From NCBI GenBank assembly GCA_963792965.1, contig CAWBYW010000007.1, forward strand, positions 384,001 through 448,000: a DNA stretch of 64,000 bases, read 5' to 3'. Positions within the stretch are counted from its first letter, which is position 1. Each line of letters begins with the position of its first letter. Below the pieces are notes generated by a model. That model did no database searches. It was not told the origin of the DNA and saw only the letters and a program-made list of their open reading frames with translations. The translations under genes were made by a program, and so were the position numbers. This DNA is from an uncultured delta proteobacterium (GTDB taxonomy: Bacteria > Desulfobacterota > Zymogenia > Zymogenales > Zymogenaceae). This document shows positions 20,486-32,595 of the stretch, piece after piece.

Positions 20486-22116
20486 ATGAGAAAGAAACAT
20501 ACTATTTCGCAAACGATTTTCGTCCTCTTTCTCGCCCTGACCTTCCTCATCGCCACGGGATGCGCCGAAAAAAAGCCTCCCACCCATAAGGCGCAGTACG
20601 ATGTCATCATCATCGGCGGCGGTATGGGGGGACTCTCCGCCGCGGCTCACCTGGCCACCAAGGGCCTCAAGGTGCTTCTGCTTGAGCAGCACCAAAAAGT
20701 GGGCGGCTCCACGAGCAACTTCACGCGCGGCGCATTCACGTTTGAGACCGCCCTCCACGAGATGGCCGGCGGCGGACCCGGCAAGCAGGACCGCGCCCTC
20801 TTTAAGCTCCTGGCCGCCTGCGGGGTCGACAAGAAAGTCCGGCTCTACGAGCTGCCCGATTTCTACCGCTCCGTCTACCCCGGCGGTGTTGACGTCACGA
20901 TGCCCAACAACTGGGACGGCTGGGACAAGACCCTCAAGGACAAATGGCCCGAGGAAGCATCCGGCATCGACACGTTCCACGCGCTCTGCTCCGGCATGAT
21001 GAATGATTTCCTGTCGATGAAGAACCTCTTCCGGTATTCCGGCCTCAGGGCTTTCCTCACGAAGGCGCAGGTCCCTCTTAGGCAGAAAACATTCTTCCAC
21101 TGGAAAGACAAGACGCTCAAGGAGCTGATGGACACATGCTTCAAGGGCGAGGACATCAAGGCCGTGGTCTCGCAGCTCTGGGTCTACTACGGCGCACCCG
21201 TTCCCGATGAGACCGCCCTGCTGCTCTTGGCCGCCACCGACGGTTACCTCACGGACGGCATCTGGCACATCAAGGGAACCTCCCAGGCCCTCGCCAACGC
21301 CTATGCCGATCGGATTAGAGAGCTCGGAGGCGTCGTGAAGACCGGGGAGCTCGTTACAAAGATCACCATGAAAGACGGCGTGGCCACCGGGGTCGAGACC
21401 GCGCTGGGAAACACCTATACCGGCCGGTATATCGTCGCCAACACGGACCCCTATCAGCTCGTCTTCAAGCTGATCGGACAGGAGAATCTCCCCAAGGACT
21501 ATGTCCAGAAAATCAAGGATATGAAGCCCGCCAACTCTCTGTTCGGCGTCTACCTCGGGCTCAACATCGACTTGAAAGCCAGGGGATATAAGGACACCGA
21601 GATCATCTATAACACCAGCAAGGACAGCACCGTCCTCTACGACAACATGATGAAAGGTGATTTCGCAAACGGCGCCACCACCATCACCATCTACAGCAAC
21701 TATGGCGACCCCATCTACGCGCCTCCCGGTAAGTCGGTCGTGGTGCTCCACTCCTACTCGGACTACAATATCTGGCCGAAAGATCAGGAAGAGTACCTGG
21801 CCATGAAGGAAAAGAAGGCCCAAGAGCTGATTACGCTTGCGGCCAACATGGTGCCGGAGCTTGCCGATCCGAAGAACATCGAGGTAAAGGAGGTCGTCAC
21901 GCCGGTAACTCTTAAGGAGTTCACCATGAACGAGGACGGCATCGTTTACGGCTTCTATATGAATCCCGCGCAGTGGCAAAAGATCCCCAACGACACACCG
22001 ATCGATAACGTCTTTATCGCCAGCAACTGGACCCAGGCTGGCACGGCGTCGGCTCCTGCCAGGTCAACGGATGGAGGGCCGCACGGCTCATACTTGACAG
22101 AGAAGGTATCGAATAA
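20486..22116 (+). CDS. Phytoene desaturase-like FAD oxidoreductase, lipoprotein (copy 3; apparent frameshift near 22038)
   Basis: AGGAG RBS; MRKKH...LIATGC lipobox; adding one base restores WHGVGSCQVNGWRAARLILDREGIE*, matching the paralogs. Confidence 0.87.
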
Positions 22117-22130
22117 GAGTGGAGGAAAAT

Positions 22131-22520
22131 ATGAAAAGGAATACAATCATACTGCTTTTGGCCGTGGGCGCCCTCTTCCTGTTTTTCATGGGCGTTGCGG
22201 CGTTCTCAATCGAGAAAACACCGACGACGGTGATGATCGAGGATACTACAAAGGCCACCGACCGGTATCTCGGGGTCGACTTCAAGCACGAATACCACAT
22301 CACAACCCTCGGCATCACCTGCGTCACGTGCCACCATGCCGAGAAGAAGGGTTTCGTTTCCGGAACGCCCGCCCGCTGCGAGGTCTGCCACAAGGCCGAC
22401 GCCGCCATCACCTTCAAGGATGCGATGCACAAGAATTGCGTCATCTGCCACATCAACGAGACCGCCAAAGGGAAAAAGCCCCCGACGGAGTGCCTCGGGT
22501 GCCATACCCAGAGGAAGTAA
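22131..22520 (+). CDS. Tetrahaem cytochrome c3 family protein
   Basis: Signal peptide; FKHEYH; four haem motifs CVTCH, CEVCH, CVICH, CLGCH; AMH distal ligand. Confidence 0.92.
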   Translation: MKRNTIILLLAVGALFLFFMGVAAFSIEKTPTTVMIEDTTKATDRYLGVDFKHEYHITTLGITCVTCHHAEKKGFVSGTPARCEVCHKADAAITFKDAMHKNCVICHINETAKGKKPPTECLGCHTQRK

Positions 22521-22529
22521 CCGAGCTTT

Positions 22530-22555
22530 CCGACCCCCTCTCAAGAGGGGGTCGG
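22530..22555 (+). terminator. Hairpin after cytochrome c3, probable terminator
   Basis: CCGACCCCCTC-TCAA-GAGGGGGTCGG perfect stem; no clear T-tract. Confidence 0.45.
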
Positions 22556-22692
22556 TCCCCCTCCCCTGTTGTCCGCCCCGTGTGGAGGAAAACCCACGCT
22601 CCCCCGCAATGGATACAAAAGCGTTTCTCTTTTTTGCTTTATCAAGGCCGCGTTTTGTAGTATAAATTGACCATGTCGCTAAAGATTACCGA

Positions 22693-23022
22693 ATGAAGCG
22701 AGCCGATATTATTTTTCTCATCGCGGTGGTTGCCCTGATCGGCTCCGCTTTTCTCCTTTTCGAGATCCTCGCCACGCCCGCGGGAAAGACGGTCGCCATC
22801 GAGGAGGGAAACGAGGTAGTGGGTAACTACCCCCTCTCCGAGGATCGGACGATCAAGGTCCAGGGCCCGCTCGGCATCACCACCGTGGTAATTAAAGGCG
22901 GCCAGGTCTATGTGTCGGACTCGCCCTGTCCGAACAAGATCTGTATTGAAATGGGGCACATTTTTGAAAAGGGAGACACTATTGTCTGTCTCCCTAACCG
23001 TGTTTACATCACCATACGCTGA
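22693..23022 (+). CDS. NusG domain II-containing protein (DUF1312, EetA-like)
   Basis: N-terminal TM; GPLG, SPCPNKICIEMG and IVCLPNRV motifs. Confidence 0.9.
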   Translation: MKRADIIFLIAVVALIGSAFLLFEILATPAGKTVAIEEGNEVVGNYPLSEDRTIKVQGPLGITTVVIKGGQVYVSDSPCPNKICIEMGHIFEKGDTIVCLPNRVYITIR

Positions 23023-23931
23023 TGACAAGCCGCTTGACAAAATCCCGCGCAAAATGCCGATCGGTACCGGGAAGTCGGGCGTACCCCTCCCTACGCATAC
23101 GTGCATCCATACTCCTTCTTCTCTCTTTTGTCTTTCTTCCTCTGTTTGTGGAAGTCGGCTGCGCCCCTACGTCCGCCCTCGCGTGGAACCGCAGGGGCCT
23201 GGACTATTACCGGCACGGTGATCTCGACCGGGCTCTCGCGTCGTATACCGAGGCCATCAGACTCTCCCCCGACCTCGCCGCCGCCTACTATAACCGCGGC
23301 GCCCTCTATCGGAAGTTATCGCGCCCAACAGACGCGAGGGCGGATTTCTCAAAGGCCCTGGAGCTTGGACCCGAACTACGCCGACGCCTATTTCGCCCGT
23401 GGCGGCCTCTTTCTTGAACAGCGGCGCTTTGGGGCCGCATGCGGCGACTTCACACGCGTCATCGAACTACGCCCGGATCGGGCAGATGTGTATCTCCTGC
23501 GGGGAAGCGCGCTCACCGAATTGGAGCGCTATGACGAGGCCGCCGCCGACTTCGAGGCCGCCCTCCGCTTGGGCCCGGAAGACCCTGGCGCGTTCATGAC
23601 ACGAGGCGAGTTCAAATTCAAGAGAGGCCGATACGACGACGCGGTAGCCGACTATACAAAGGCGCTGTCGCTCAGCCCCGGTCTCGTGAAGGCCTATCTT
23701 TTGCGGGGAACCGCATACGAATACGGGCTGTCGCGGCCGGATGCGGCGTTGACCGACTACACCGAGGCCATCTCGATAGATCCGAAAGACCCCACGGCCC
23801 GCAACTTTCGGGGAAATCTCCTCAGAAAGCTCGGGAAGAGTGAGGATGCCCTGGCGGATTTCAAGGCGATTTGCGATATGGGCTATTCATTCGGCTGCTG
23901 GCAATACGAGTGGCTGACGGGCGGGAATTGA
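23022..23931 (+). CDS. Tetratricopeptide repeat lipoprotein (apparent frameshift near 23368; start uncertain)
   Basis: VEVGC lipobox; AYYNRG-type TPR repeats continue across ORFs 23022-23417 and 23101-23931 after removing one G. Confidence 0.75.
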
Positions 23932-23979
23932 TCACTTTCCTGGATAGCCGAGATGAGGCGAAGGGCCGATACTAAGACA

Positions 23980-24744
23980 ATGATAAGAGACCACGTGACA
24001 CGATGCACCCGGCGGACATTCCTGGCGGGGCTGGTCGGGACCGCCGGCGCCGTGCTTTCGGCACAGGCACAGCCTGCCGAAAGCCCCCGGATCGTTACCG
24101 CCAGCCGTCGCCTCGACGACGAAAACCACGTCTTCATCACAAGCGCGCGACACGGCCGATACCTTGCCAAGATCGTGACCGCCCGCGAGATAACGGGAAA
24201 GACCTTTGCGACGACCACGGAGATACTCGACGCAACCGGGGCGTTTGTCTGCCTTAACGGGAGCTTTTTCGAGGACGACGGCTCGCCGAGTGGGCTGTTC
24301 GTAACCGACCACCGCTGCGCGAACACAGTAATCTACGGCAAGGGGGACGGCATCCTCTACGTCGATAAAGATCGGCAGCTCAAGATGATCTCGAAGTATC
24401 ATTTTTCGGAGCACAGGGATCGGATGGTCGACGCGCTTCAGATCAATATCTTCAGCGAGGAGAATATGAAGCTCTACGAGGACAACGAGCACAAGAGGAG
24501 GGTCCCGAGAAATCTCATCGGACTATCGCCGGACGGAATCGTCGATGTGATCTATAAGGACACCAACTTTACCCTCGGTGATCGATACATGAGGGGAGTC
24601 CACGGATGCACCGTGGTCGGAGCGCTGGACGGCGGCAGCAGCGCGTCGGCGGTCGACCGGCTCGGGAGGTCAAGCTACAGCGAGAGCCAAAAAGACCGCC
24701 CGGAGGCCGCGGTGGCCAATTTCATACTGCTCTACGAGCGGTGA
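23980..24744 (+). CDS. Tat-exported phosphodiester glycosidase (NAGPA/DUF2233) family protein
   Basis: TRRTFL twin-arginine signal; LNGSFF, PRNLIG and ALDGGSS motifs. Confidence 0.75.
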   Translation: MIRDHVTRCTRRTFLAGLVGTAGAVLSAQAQPAESPRIVTASRRLDDENHVFITSARHGRYLAKIVTAREITGKTFATTTEILDATGAFVCLNGSFFEDDGSPSGLFVTDHRCANTVIYGKGDGILYVDKDRQLKMISKYHFSEHRDRMVDALQINIFSEENMKLYEDNEHKRRVPRNLIGLSPDGIVDVIYKDTNFTLGDRYMRGVHGCTVVGALDGGSSASAVDRLGRSSYSESQKDRPEAAVANFILLYER

Positions 24745-24758
24745 CCGGGAGCACTCTT

Positions 24759-25079
24759 TCACTCCCTCTCTTTTCCCCGGATATAGGCGTCGATAGTGGA
24801 GAGCACCCACGCGGCAAAGAGACCCAACAGACAGAGGATAATCCCGCCCTCCACGCGTGCAAGCTCATGTCCCCACAGTACCAAAAGCGATCCATAACCC
24901 TCCCACTGTCCCACGGCCCGGAAAAGCGCCACCGTGACCAGACCCACCACACCGATGATCAGGCCGACCGTCACCACGATATAGGCGGCACCTTTGAGCG
25001 GCTCCCGATTAAAGATCTGGCCGGCGCCCGGAAAAACCAGGCCGGAAAGGAGGGACGCAATATATCTTTTTTTTATCAT
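24759..25079 (-). CDS. Small hypothetical membrane protein
   Basis: ASLLSGLVFPGAGQIFN...KG motif, TM helices, STIDAY; ATGA overlap with mazG. Confidence 0.75.
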   Translation of the reverse strand: MIKKRYIASLLSGLVFPGAGQIFNREPLKGAAYIVVTVGLIIGVVGLVTVALFRAVGQWEGYGSLLVLWGHELARVEGGIILCLLGLFAAWVLSTIDAYIRGKERE

Positions 25080-25855
25080 CTATTACCCCCGACCGGGTGA
25101 GCCGATTTGGCTTGTTGCCACAGTCGTTCGAGATCGTCGATGCTCATCTGGGCAAGAGTCCGCCCTTCTCTCTTGGCCGCCTCCTCGACCCAGCGGAAGC
25201 GCTGTGAGAACTTCCTATTGGATTTCCTTAACGCCAGCTCCGGGCTTACCTTCAGAAAACGGGCGAGGTTCGACACGGAAAAGAGTATATCGCCGATCTC
25301 CTCCTCCGCCCCGGGGACGTTTTCGTCCCGCAGTGCTTCTTTAAGCTCCGATATCTCCTCCTCGATCTTGCTCAAGACGCCGGATACATCGTCCCAGTCG
25401 AATCCGACACGGGAGGCGCGCTGCCCGTATTTCTGCGCGATCACGAGTGCAGGGAGGTTCTCGGTGACACCGTCGAGGATCGAGGCAGCATGCTTTTTTT
25501 TCGCCTTGATCTTTTCCCAGCTTCCCTCGACCTCCGCCGGAGTGGAAAGGCGCTTGTTTCCGAATACATGCGGGTGGCGCTCTATCATCTTGGCCCCGAT
25601 ATCGCCTATCGCGTTGTCTACCGTAAAGGCGCCCTCTTCTTCCTTTATTCGTGCCACGAAGATGATTTCAAAAAGGAGATCCCCCAGCTCTTCCCTGATC
25701 TTATCGTCGTCCTTGGAGTCGATGGCCTCAATCAGCTCCAGTGCCTCTTCCATCACGTAAGGCCTAAGATCGTAGATCCGCTGCGCCCGATCCCAGGGAC
25801 ACCCCTCGGGGGCCCTCAGGGCGGCCATCAAACGTACAAGGTCATAAAAGTCCAT
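25076..25855 (-). CDS. mazG: Nucleoside triphosphate pyrophosphohydrolase MazG
   Basis: GCPWD, EELGDLL, RHPHVF, GFDW, EEIGDILF, KFSQRF. Confidence 0.95.
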   Translation of the reverse strand: MDFYDLVRLMAALRAPEGCPWDRAQRIYDLRPYVMEEALELIEAIDSKDDDKIREELGDLLFEIIFVARIKEEEGAFTVDNAIGDIGAKMIERHPHVFGNKRLSTPAEVEGSWEKIKAKKKHAASILDGVTENLPALVIAQKYGQRASRVGFDWDDVSGVLSKIEEEISELKEALRDENVPGAEEEIGDILFSVSNLARFLKVSPELALRKSNRKFSQRFRWVEEAAKREGRTLAQMSIDDLERLWQQAKSAHPVGGNR

Positions 25856-25989
25856 CTGTTTCTCCGCATAACCCACCTGAAGGATACGGGAGAAAGGATC
25901 AAAAATCAAGTCCAAAGGGTCTTATCAATAAAAACTTGATTCTTTTATAGATACGTGATATCTTTAACCAATTGTGTATAGGGTGAGGA

Positions 25990-27972
25990 ATGGATTTACC
26001 TTCTTGTATCAAGAAAAGCGCCTTTTTGATCTTTGGAATTTTTATCTTTATTTCCCCGTGCCCGGCACAGGACTTCATCCCATCGCCGAGCGCCGACATG
26101 GGCGGGAGCATCGATACCTCGTCCGTGCCTCCGGTCTCGCCCTCGGTCCGAAAGGAATTCTACTATTACGATGAGGCGTGGTTTCCCTTCTCGATTACTC
26201 TGTCGGAGAGAAACAGGATCGAGGCCCTGAAGCTCCTCGATTCGCTCTATGCGGCGAAGCTCGACTATGGGGACAAGAACACCTCTTTCTACTCGTACGC
26301 CCTCCTATCTCTCTCCAGAGGACTGGAAGACGAAGGGGATACGGACACCGCCTCAAAGTTGATCGACGAAGCCCTCAAGCTCTCGCCGGATATTCCCAAA
26401 CTTTACTTCTATAAGGCAGCCTTCACCTGGAGAAACGAGCCGGGACGCCTGTATGACATCGTCAACCTTTACGTCACCGGCATAAGGCTTGCCGCCGACG
26501 ACATCACGATCGTCTCGACGCTTTCAGCGAATCTCGCGCTCTCTATCATCATCACGATCTTGGCGATCTTCGGCCTCTTTTCGCTTTCGCTCGCCATGAA
26601 GTATCTCCTCCTGGCCTCAAACGACATCAAGGAGCGGTTCGAGTGGGATATCCCGCTGCTGCTCTTCTCCGCGTTTATCGCCGTGCTTCTCGTTTTTCTC
26701 TTTTCGCTAGCCATCGGCGTAATCTGGCTCATAATTGTGCTTAATCTCGTCTTTCTCGTCTACTATACAAAGACCGAAAAAAGGATCTTCGGCGCTTTTT
26801 ACGTCCTGATCATTGCCAGTCCCCTTATCCTTAATTACACGGCGACCCTCATGCTCTCAACGCACCAGGACGCCCTGGACGATTTGATCCAGATCAAGGA
26901 GGATACCTACACGCTGGCCACGGAAAAGAACCTCACGAACTGGGTGGCCGTAAACCCCGACGACACTGAAGCCCTCTTCACCCTCGGGCTGCTCAATAAA
27001 CGCACGGGTTATCTCGATTACGCCCGGAAAAATTACGAACGGGTGGTCGAGCTCGATCCTTCGTTCGCCCCCGCCCTTAACAACCTGGGCGCGGTCTATT
27101 TTATCGGCAAGGACTATTCCAGGGCCGAAGAGCTCTTCCATCAGGCCAATTCCGTCGACCCGAGCCTCGTGGCGCCCTATTATAATCTCTACAAGATTAG
27201 CATGACACGCTTTGACCTTAAGAACGCCGAGGACTATTATGACAAGGCGATGAAGCTCTCCCCGGACCGGATCACCGCGTTTCTCGACATCGAGGTCAAG
27301 GAGGAGCAGGGAGAGCCGACGTTTCTTGAGCGGACGAACAGGATGGTTCTCGACGAGGATATACCCGACTCACTGTTATGGAAACGGATGTTCTCCACCA
27401 GCGAGCCGGGGGATCTGGCCGCAGACCTTTTGGGCGGTATGATGAAAGGAATCGGTCTCAGGACCGCGCCCGTCATCGGGGTCGTAGGACTCATCCTCCT
27501 CTTTTTGGCCGGGTCACTATCCCGCAGGAGCGTCCTCTCCAAAGCCTGCAAGTTCTGCGGTCTCCCGTTCCTTCTGAAGTCCCAGCCCCACATGGAGCGC
27601 CGCGATTCATGCAACCGCTGTTTTTCGGTCTTTGTCCGGAAGGAAGGGATCGATCCAAGGACCAAGGCGGACCTCAGGATGAAAGTGGACAGAACCAACT
27701 CGCTCAGAAGGATCGCTCTGATCCTGACAAATATTGTTGTCCCCGGTTTCGGCAGGATATACCGTGGCAAAGTTCTTCGAGGATTCGTCTTTCTTTCCCT
27801 TTTCCTGGTCTTCTTTGTCCAACTGCTGACCCTTCACGGCATAGTCGTCTATCCGGTTAAGTCCGCGGGACTGCCGATCATTCATAATCCCTATCTCTAT
27901 GGGATCGTGTGTATTGTCGTATATGCGCTTGCCCAACAAGACTTCATCAGGTCTGAACGATCCGAGGTATAA
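25990..27972 (+). CDS. Membrane-anchored tetratricopeptide repeat protein with CxxC pair
   Basis: Signal, TM block, TPR repeats (ALNNLGAVY), CKFC...CNRC, C-terminal PGFG TM. Confidence 0.8.
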   Translation: MDLPSCIKKSAFLIFGIFIFISPCPAQDFIPSPSADMGGSIDTSSVPPVSPSVRKEFYYYDEAWFPFSITLSERNRIEALKLLDSLYAAKLDYGDKNTSFYSYALLSLSRGLEDEGDTDTASKLIDEALKLSPDIPKLYFYKAAFTWRNEPGRLYDIVNLYVTGIRLAADDITIVSTLSANLALSIIITILAIFGLFSLSLAMKYLLLASNDIKERFEWDIPLLLFSAFIAVLLVFLFSLAIGVIWLIIVLNLVFLVYYTKTEKRIFGAFYVLIIASPLILNYTATLMLSTHQDALDDLIQIKEDTYTLATEKNLTNWVAVNPDDTEALFTLGLLNKRTGYLDYARKNYERVVELDPSFAPALNNLGAVYFIGKDYSRAEELFHQANSVDPSLVAPYYNLYKISMTRFDLKNAEDYYDKAMKLSPDRITAFLDIEVKEEQGEPTFLERTNRMVLDEDIPDSLLWKRMFSTSEPGDLAADLLGGMMKGIGLRTAPVIGVVGLILLFLAGSLSRRSVLSKACKFCGLPFLLKSQPHMERRDSCNRCFSVFVRKEGIDPRTKADLRMKVDRTNSLRRIALILTNIVVPGFGRIYRGKVLRGFVFLSLFLVFFVQLLTLHGIVVYPVKSAGLPIIHNPYLYGIVCIVVYALAQQDFIRSERSEV

Positions 27973-27987
27973 GAGGAGACAATAGCG

Positions 27988-29136
27988 GTGGCCCTCCAAG
28001 GTGATATAAAAGATTTCTCCGTTGTGGATATCCTGCAGCTTCTCTACCAACAGCAAAAGAGCGGCATCCTGAGCATTGCCGAGAAAGATAACGAGGTAGA
28101 GGTGCTCTTTGATCGAGGATCGATCGTCACGGCGTCGTTTAAGAAAAAGAGCCCGGACGAGAGCCTCGGCGAGATGCTGGTCAAAGCAAACCTTATCTCG
28201 CGCAAGCAATTGTCGAGCGCGCTGGAGACACAAAAGGAAACCCTCAAGAGACTCGGGGATATCCTCATCGAATCTGGATTTATCTCCATCGTCGATTTAC
28301 GACGCTTCCTGAAACTCCAGACCCATGAGACCATTTTTAAGCTCCTCTCCTGGAAGAAAGGTAACTATAACTTCAACCAGCGGCTGATAACGTACGACAA
28401 GAAGGCGATCGAACCGATAAACACCGAGCACTTCCTCATGGACAGCCTGCGGATGATCGACGAACTGCCCGACCTCAGGACGAAGGTCTACTCGTATAAC
28501 CTTGTCTTTGAGAAAATGCCCGGCGCCGACGAAGAGATGGGCATCTGGACCGTAAAGGACCACAGCGAGCACGCCGACGAGTCCAGTATTTTCGCGGAAG
28601 AGAAGAGCTCCGATAAGGGCCAGAAGGTGCTTTCCGCCGAAGACAAGAAGGTATTCGATCTTGTTGACGGCTCAAGAACCGTCCAGGATCTCTTCAACAT
28701 AGGAAGGCTTGGAGAATTCGAGACCATCAAAGCGCTCGTCTCCCTGATGGAAAAACAGCTCATTGACATCTCATTTGAGATAGAAGAGGAAAAGGCGAAG
28801 AAACCCGCTGTATCTCCTCAGGATGTTATATTTCAGGGGGTATTCTTTGTCATCTTCTTCATAATGATCGTCTTTCTGCTCTTTTCGTATCCCCGCATCG
28901 TCTCCAATTTCACCATATCCAGCGAGAGGAAGGCGACGTTCGATTACGCCCAGAGAATGACCCAGCAACAAAATGTGAGATACGCCCTTTCCACCTTTTA
29001 CCTGATAAACGGGAGATATCCGGACCAACTGGAAGAGTTGTCAAACAGCGGCTATCTGGAAAACATCAAATTCGGCTGGATAGACCTGTTTGACTACACC
29101 CCGTCACCTCAGGGTTACACACTCGAAATTAGGTAA
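27988..29136 (+). CDS. DUF4388 domain protein
   Basis: [18 protein letters not shown]...[25 protein letters not shown]. Confidence 0.88.
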   Translation: MALQGDIKDFSVVDILQLLYQQQKSGILSIAEKDNEVEVLFDRGSIVTASFKKKSPDESLGEMLVKANLISRKQLSSALETQKETLKRLGDILIESGFISIVDLRRFLKLQTHETIFKLLSWKKGNYNFNQRLITYDKKAIEPINTEHFLMDSLRMIDELPDLRTKVYSYNLVFEKMPGADEEMGIWTVKDHSEHADESSIFAEEKSSDKGQKVLSAEDKKVFDLVDGSRTVQDLFNIGRLGEFETIKALVSLMEKQLIDISFEIEEEKAKKPAVSPQDVIFQGVFFVIFFIMIVFLLFSYPRIVSNFTISSERKATFDYAQRMTQQQNVRYALSTFYLINGRYPDQLEELSNSGYLENIKFGWIDLFDYTPSPQGYTLEIR

Positions 29137-29141
29137 TACGA

Positions 29142-30137
29142 TTGGAAAGCACCGCAAAAATCGAATTTGACGATAATAATCTTGCGCGCAGCCTCTTCGG
29201 CGAAAACAATCATCACCTCACCCTAATCGAGAAGGACACCGGCACAAAAATATCCGCCCGTGGTGGGACGGTTGTCATCTCGGGAGGAAAAGATGAGGTT
29301 GAGATCAGCCAAAACCTGCTGACGCAGCTCTACGAGCTTATAAAGAAAGGATATCCGGTCTATTGGCCCGACATAGATTTTGCCCTCCGCATCATCAAGG
29401 CCAACCGAAAAGTGAACCTGAGAGATATCTTCCTGGATACCGTCTATATCTCCGCGAAGAAACGGCATATCACCCCCAAGAGCCTTGCCCAGAAGAAATA
29501 CATCCAGGACATCAGGAAGTATGACATCGTCTTCGGCATCGGACCGGCCGGCACGGGAAAGACCTACCTCGCCATGGCGATGGCCATGGACTGGATCGGC
29601 AAAGGTAAGATCGATCGCATCATCCTGACCCGCCCCGCCGTCGAGGCCGGAGAGAAACTTGGATTTTTGCCCGGCGACCTCTACGAAAAAATCAATCCTT
29701 ATCTGAGGCCCCTCTATGACGCTCTCCACGACATGATGGACTACGAACAGGCGCAGCGTCTCGTTCACAAGGGGGTTATCGAGGTGGCGCCTCTGGCCTT
29801 CATGCGCGGGAGGACCCTCAACGACTCGTTCATCGTCCTGGATGAAGCCCAGAACACGACGAGCGAGCAGATGAAGATGTTCCTGACGCGACTCGGCTAC
29901 AATTCAAAGACGGTAATCACCGGCGACATCACCCAGATCGACCTTCCCGAGGGAAAGAAATCCGGGCTCGTCGAGGCCAATGAGATCCTTTCCTCCATCG
30001 AGGGGATAAAGTTCTGCTATTTCTCCGAGGCCGACGTGGTGCGCCATCGTCTCGTCCGGGAGATCATCAAGGCCTATGACGGTAGAGAGTCCCGAAAAAG
30101 GGAGAGGAATTCCGACACCCATGAACCCGTGGACTAA
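29142..30137 (+). CDS. phoH: PhoH family protein
   Basis: [40 protein letters not shown]. Confidence 0.95.
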   Translation: MESTAKIEFDDNNLARSLFGENNHHLTLIEKDTGTKISARGGTVVISGGKDEVEISQNLLTQLYELIKKGYPVYWPDIDFALRIIKANRKVNLRDIFLDTVYISAKKRHITPKSLAQKKYIQDIRKYDIVFGIGPAGTGKTYLAMAMAMDWIGKGKIDRIILTRPAVEAGEKLGFLPGDLYEKINPYLRPLYDALHDMMDYEQAQRLVHKGVIEVAPLAFMRGRTLNDSFIVLDEAQNTTSEQMKMFLTRLGYNSKTVITGDITQIDLPEGKKSGLVEANEILSSIEGIKFCYFSEADVVRHRLVREIIKAYDGRESRKRERNSDTHEPVD

Positions 30138-32595
30138 AATCAGCGAGGGGTACTGGCTCCTCATGAAGAAGCTTACTACCAATAAGCTCCTCAGGCCCCT
30201 GGCAAACTTCATCGACCAGGAGACCTACCGAAATCCAACGATTCAGCGGCTGTTGATGTTTGTCATCTTGGTGACCCTGATGGCCCTCATCATCACCCCG
30301 AGCTCCCGAATGCCGAGCCTCAAGTACAAAGTTGGAGATTTTGCGCAGACCGACATCAAGGCCAACAGGGATTATCTAATCACCGACAAGACCGCCACCA
30401 ATGCGTTGATCAAGGAAGCCGTCAACAAGATCCCCGCAGTTTACGATCTTGACGTCGACATCGAGAAAAAGATCTTCGACCATATCGATTCGGCCTTCGG
30501 CCGCATGATGGAAGTCTCCGCTTCCACGCAGGACGATGCAAAGCGTGATCTCCTCTTCGATCAAAACCGGGCGAAGTTCTATGAGCTGCTCGGAGTCAAG
30601 CTGCATGAAGATGCCTTTTCCGAGCTGAAGAAGCTGAGATTCAGACAGCAGATCGAAACCGCACTTAAGCTCCTCATGAAAGGCCTCTACGATCGATACG
30701 TCGTTGATTCTTACGGCGTCATCGTCCCGGAGATTCAGAAAAACGGCGTCGTCCTCGTCAACAGCCAGACCAGGGCGGAGACCCTCCTTCGTACCTCCGA
30801 CAACATTATTGACCTCGTCGACGCGCAAAAGGAGATGGAGAGAAGGGGGAACCGCATCAGATCAGCCTTTTCATCGAGTGTCGTCGCCGTTTCAGTCGAT
30901 CTGGCCGATCACCTAATCACGCCGAACGTCACCTACGATCTCGTCCAAACCGAGCGACGCCGGGATCTGGCGGCCGAGGGCGTTAAGCCCGTCACAATAT
31001 CCATCAAGAAAGGAGAAATGATCATCCGGGACGGGGCGGAAGTCCTCGATTACCATATAACCATCTTCCAGGGCATCATAGAGTCCCAGAAGGATTATAA
31101 CTTCCTTCTCGCGTACATAGGCATTTTTGCGTTCGTCGCTATCACGATCTATAGTACCTATGTCTTTGCAAACAGGAACATCAAGAAATTCAGCCTTTCC
31201 AATAAGGACATACTCTTCCTGGGCATCGCGATCATCTTTTTCTGTGCGTTTACTCGCTTTTTTATCTTCTTGTCCGGCTCCGTCTCGGACACCTTCACGC
31301 TCATCCCCGACGCCTCCTACAAATATGCCATACCGATTGTGGCCGGGGCGATGCTCGTCCGGATCGTCCTCAACTCGGAGGTCGCGGTCATCTATTCCAT
31401 CATCACCAGTATCTTTTACGGCATTATCATCGGCGGGGACATATTCTTTACAATCTATACCTTCATCGGCTCTATAGTGGGGGCCCACCTGGTCGCTCAG
31501 ACCAAACAACGCTCCACCATCGTCACCGCCGGAGTAATTGTCGGGACGATCAACGCCCTCTCAATCCTCTGCATCTATCTTTCGAAGCTCAACCTCCTCT
31601 CGACGGATATCCTGTCGAGCATCGGCTCGGACTACGAGACGGTGCTGTTTAACATGCTCATGGGCGTCCTGGGAGGAATCGCCTCCGCGGTAATTGTCCT
31701 TGGGATCACGCCGCTGGTGGAGCTCCTCTTCGGATACATTACCGATATTAAGCTCGTGGAACTCAGTAACCTTGAGCACCCTCTCCTGAAAGAGATGGTC
31801 ATCAGGGCGCCGGGGACCTATCACCACAGCATCATCGTAGGAACCCTTGCCGAGGCGGGATCGGCCGCGATCGGGGTCAATCCGCTCCTTGCCCGGGTCA
31901 GTGCCTATTATCACGATATCGGAAAGATCAGGAAGCCAAACTACTATATTGAAAATATCAGGAATAATCAAAATCCACACGATAAACTGACACCCCACAT
32001 GTCCGGTCTCATCATCATGTCTCATGTGAAGGACGGCGTGGACATGGGAAAGAAGTATAAGCTTGGCAGCGATATCATCGACATCATCGGGCAACATCAC
32101 GGGACACATCTGATGAATTTCTTCTATCAGAAGGCAAAGGAGTCCAAGCACGCCGGCGAAAACAATATCGGTGAAAAGGACTTCCGGTATCCGGGCCCGA
32201 AGCCGCTGACAAGGGAGGCGGGAATCGTCCTTTTGGCCGACAATATCGAGGCGGCGTCGAGGGTCCTCGTGGACCCCTCTCCCTCCCGGGTGGAAGGGAT
32301 GGTGCAGAGCATCATCAACCGGCTATTTCTCGACGGACAGCTTGATCAGTGTGAGCTTACGTTCAAGGACCTGGACGCGATCGGAAAGAGCTTCACGAAA
32401 GTCCTCAACGGCATCTTCCATCAGCGGATCGACTATCCCGAACCGGTCATCGACGAGCCACTTGAAGAACATGAGAGGGAGAGAATAAACGGTGACACTC
32501 CTCATCACAAAAGAGAGGCATCCAAAAAGAATAGCTCAAAAAACAATAATCAGAAGGATACAACACCTCCTCGAACACCTGGGAAGGGGCAATAG
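30121..32595 (+). CDS. 7TM-HD (HDIG) phosphohydrolase, PgpH/YqfF-like
   Basis: Extracellular domain, 7 TM helices, [28 protein letters not shown]. Confidence 0.9.
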   Translation: MNPWTKISEGYWLLMKKLTTNKLLRPLANFIDQETYRNPTIQRLLMFVILVTLMALIITPSSRMPSLKYKVGDFAQTDIKANRDYLITDKTATNALIKEAVNKIPAVYDLDVDIEKKIFDHIDSAFGRMMEVSASTQDDAKRDLLFDQNRAKFYELLGVKLHEDAFSELKKLRFRQQIETALKLLMKGLYDRYVVDSYGVIVPEIQKNGVVLVNSQTRAETLLRTSDNIIDLVDAQKEMERRGNRIRSAFSSSVVAVSVDLADHLITPNVTYDLVQTERRRDLAAEGVKPVTISIKKGEMIIRDGAEVLDYHITIFQGIIESQKDYNFLLAYIGIFAFVAITIYSTYVFANRNIKKFSLSNKDILFLGIAIIFFCAFTRFFIFLSGSVSDTFTLIPDASYKYAIPIVAGAMLVRIVLNSEVAVIYSIITSIFYGIIIGGDIFFTIYTFIGSIVGAHLVAQTKQRSTIVTAGVIVGTINALSILCIYLSKLNLLSTDILSSIGSDYETVLFNMLMGVLGGIASAVIVLGITPLVELLFGYITDIKLVELSNLEHPLLKEMVIRAPGTYHHSIIVGTLAEAGSAAIGVNPLLARVSAYYHDIGKIRKPNYYIENIRNNQNPHDKLTPHMSGLIIMSHVKDGVDMGKKYKLGSDIIDIIGQHHGTHLMNFFYQKAKESKHAGENNIGEKDFRYPGPKPLTREAGIVLLADNIEAASRVLVDPSPSRVEGMVQSIINRLFLDGQLDQCELTFKDLDAIGKSFTKVLNGIFHQRIDYPEPVIDEPLEEHERERINGDTPHHKREASKKNSSKNNNQKDTTPPRTPGKGQ

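Noticed and set aside
16909-22116. Carotenoid biosynthesis cluster
   Set aside because: No phytoene synthase, GGPP synthase or cyclase nearby, and lipoprotein signals do not fit canonical CrtI.
20381-22660. 759 aa ORF suggesting a flavoprotein fusion over the cytochrome
   Set aside because: Artefact of a single-base loss near 22038; the paralog-matching C-terminus stops at 22116 and the cytochrome has its own RBS and signal peptide in another frame.
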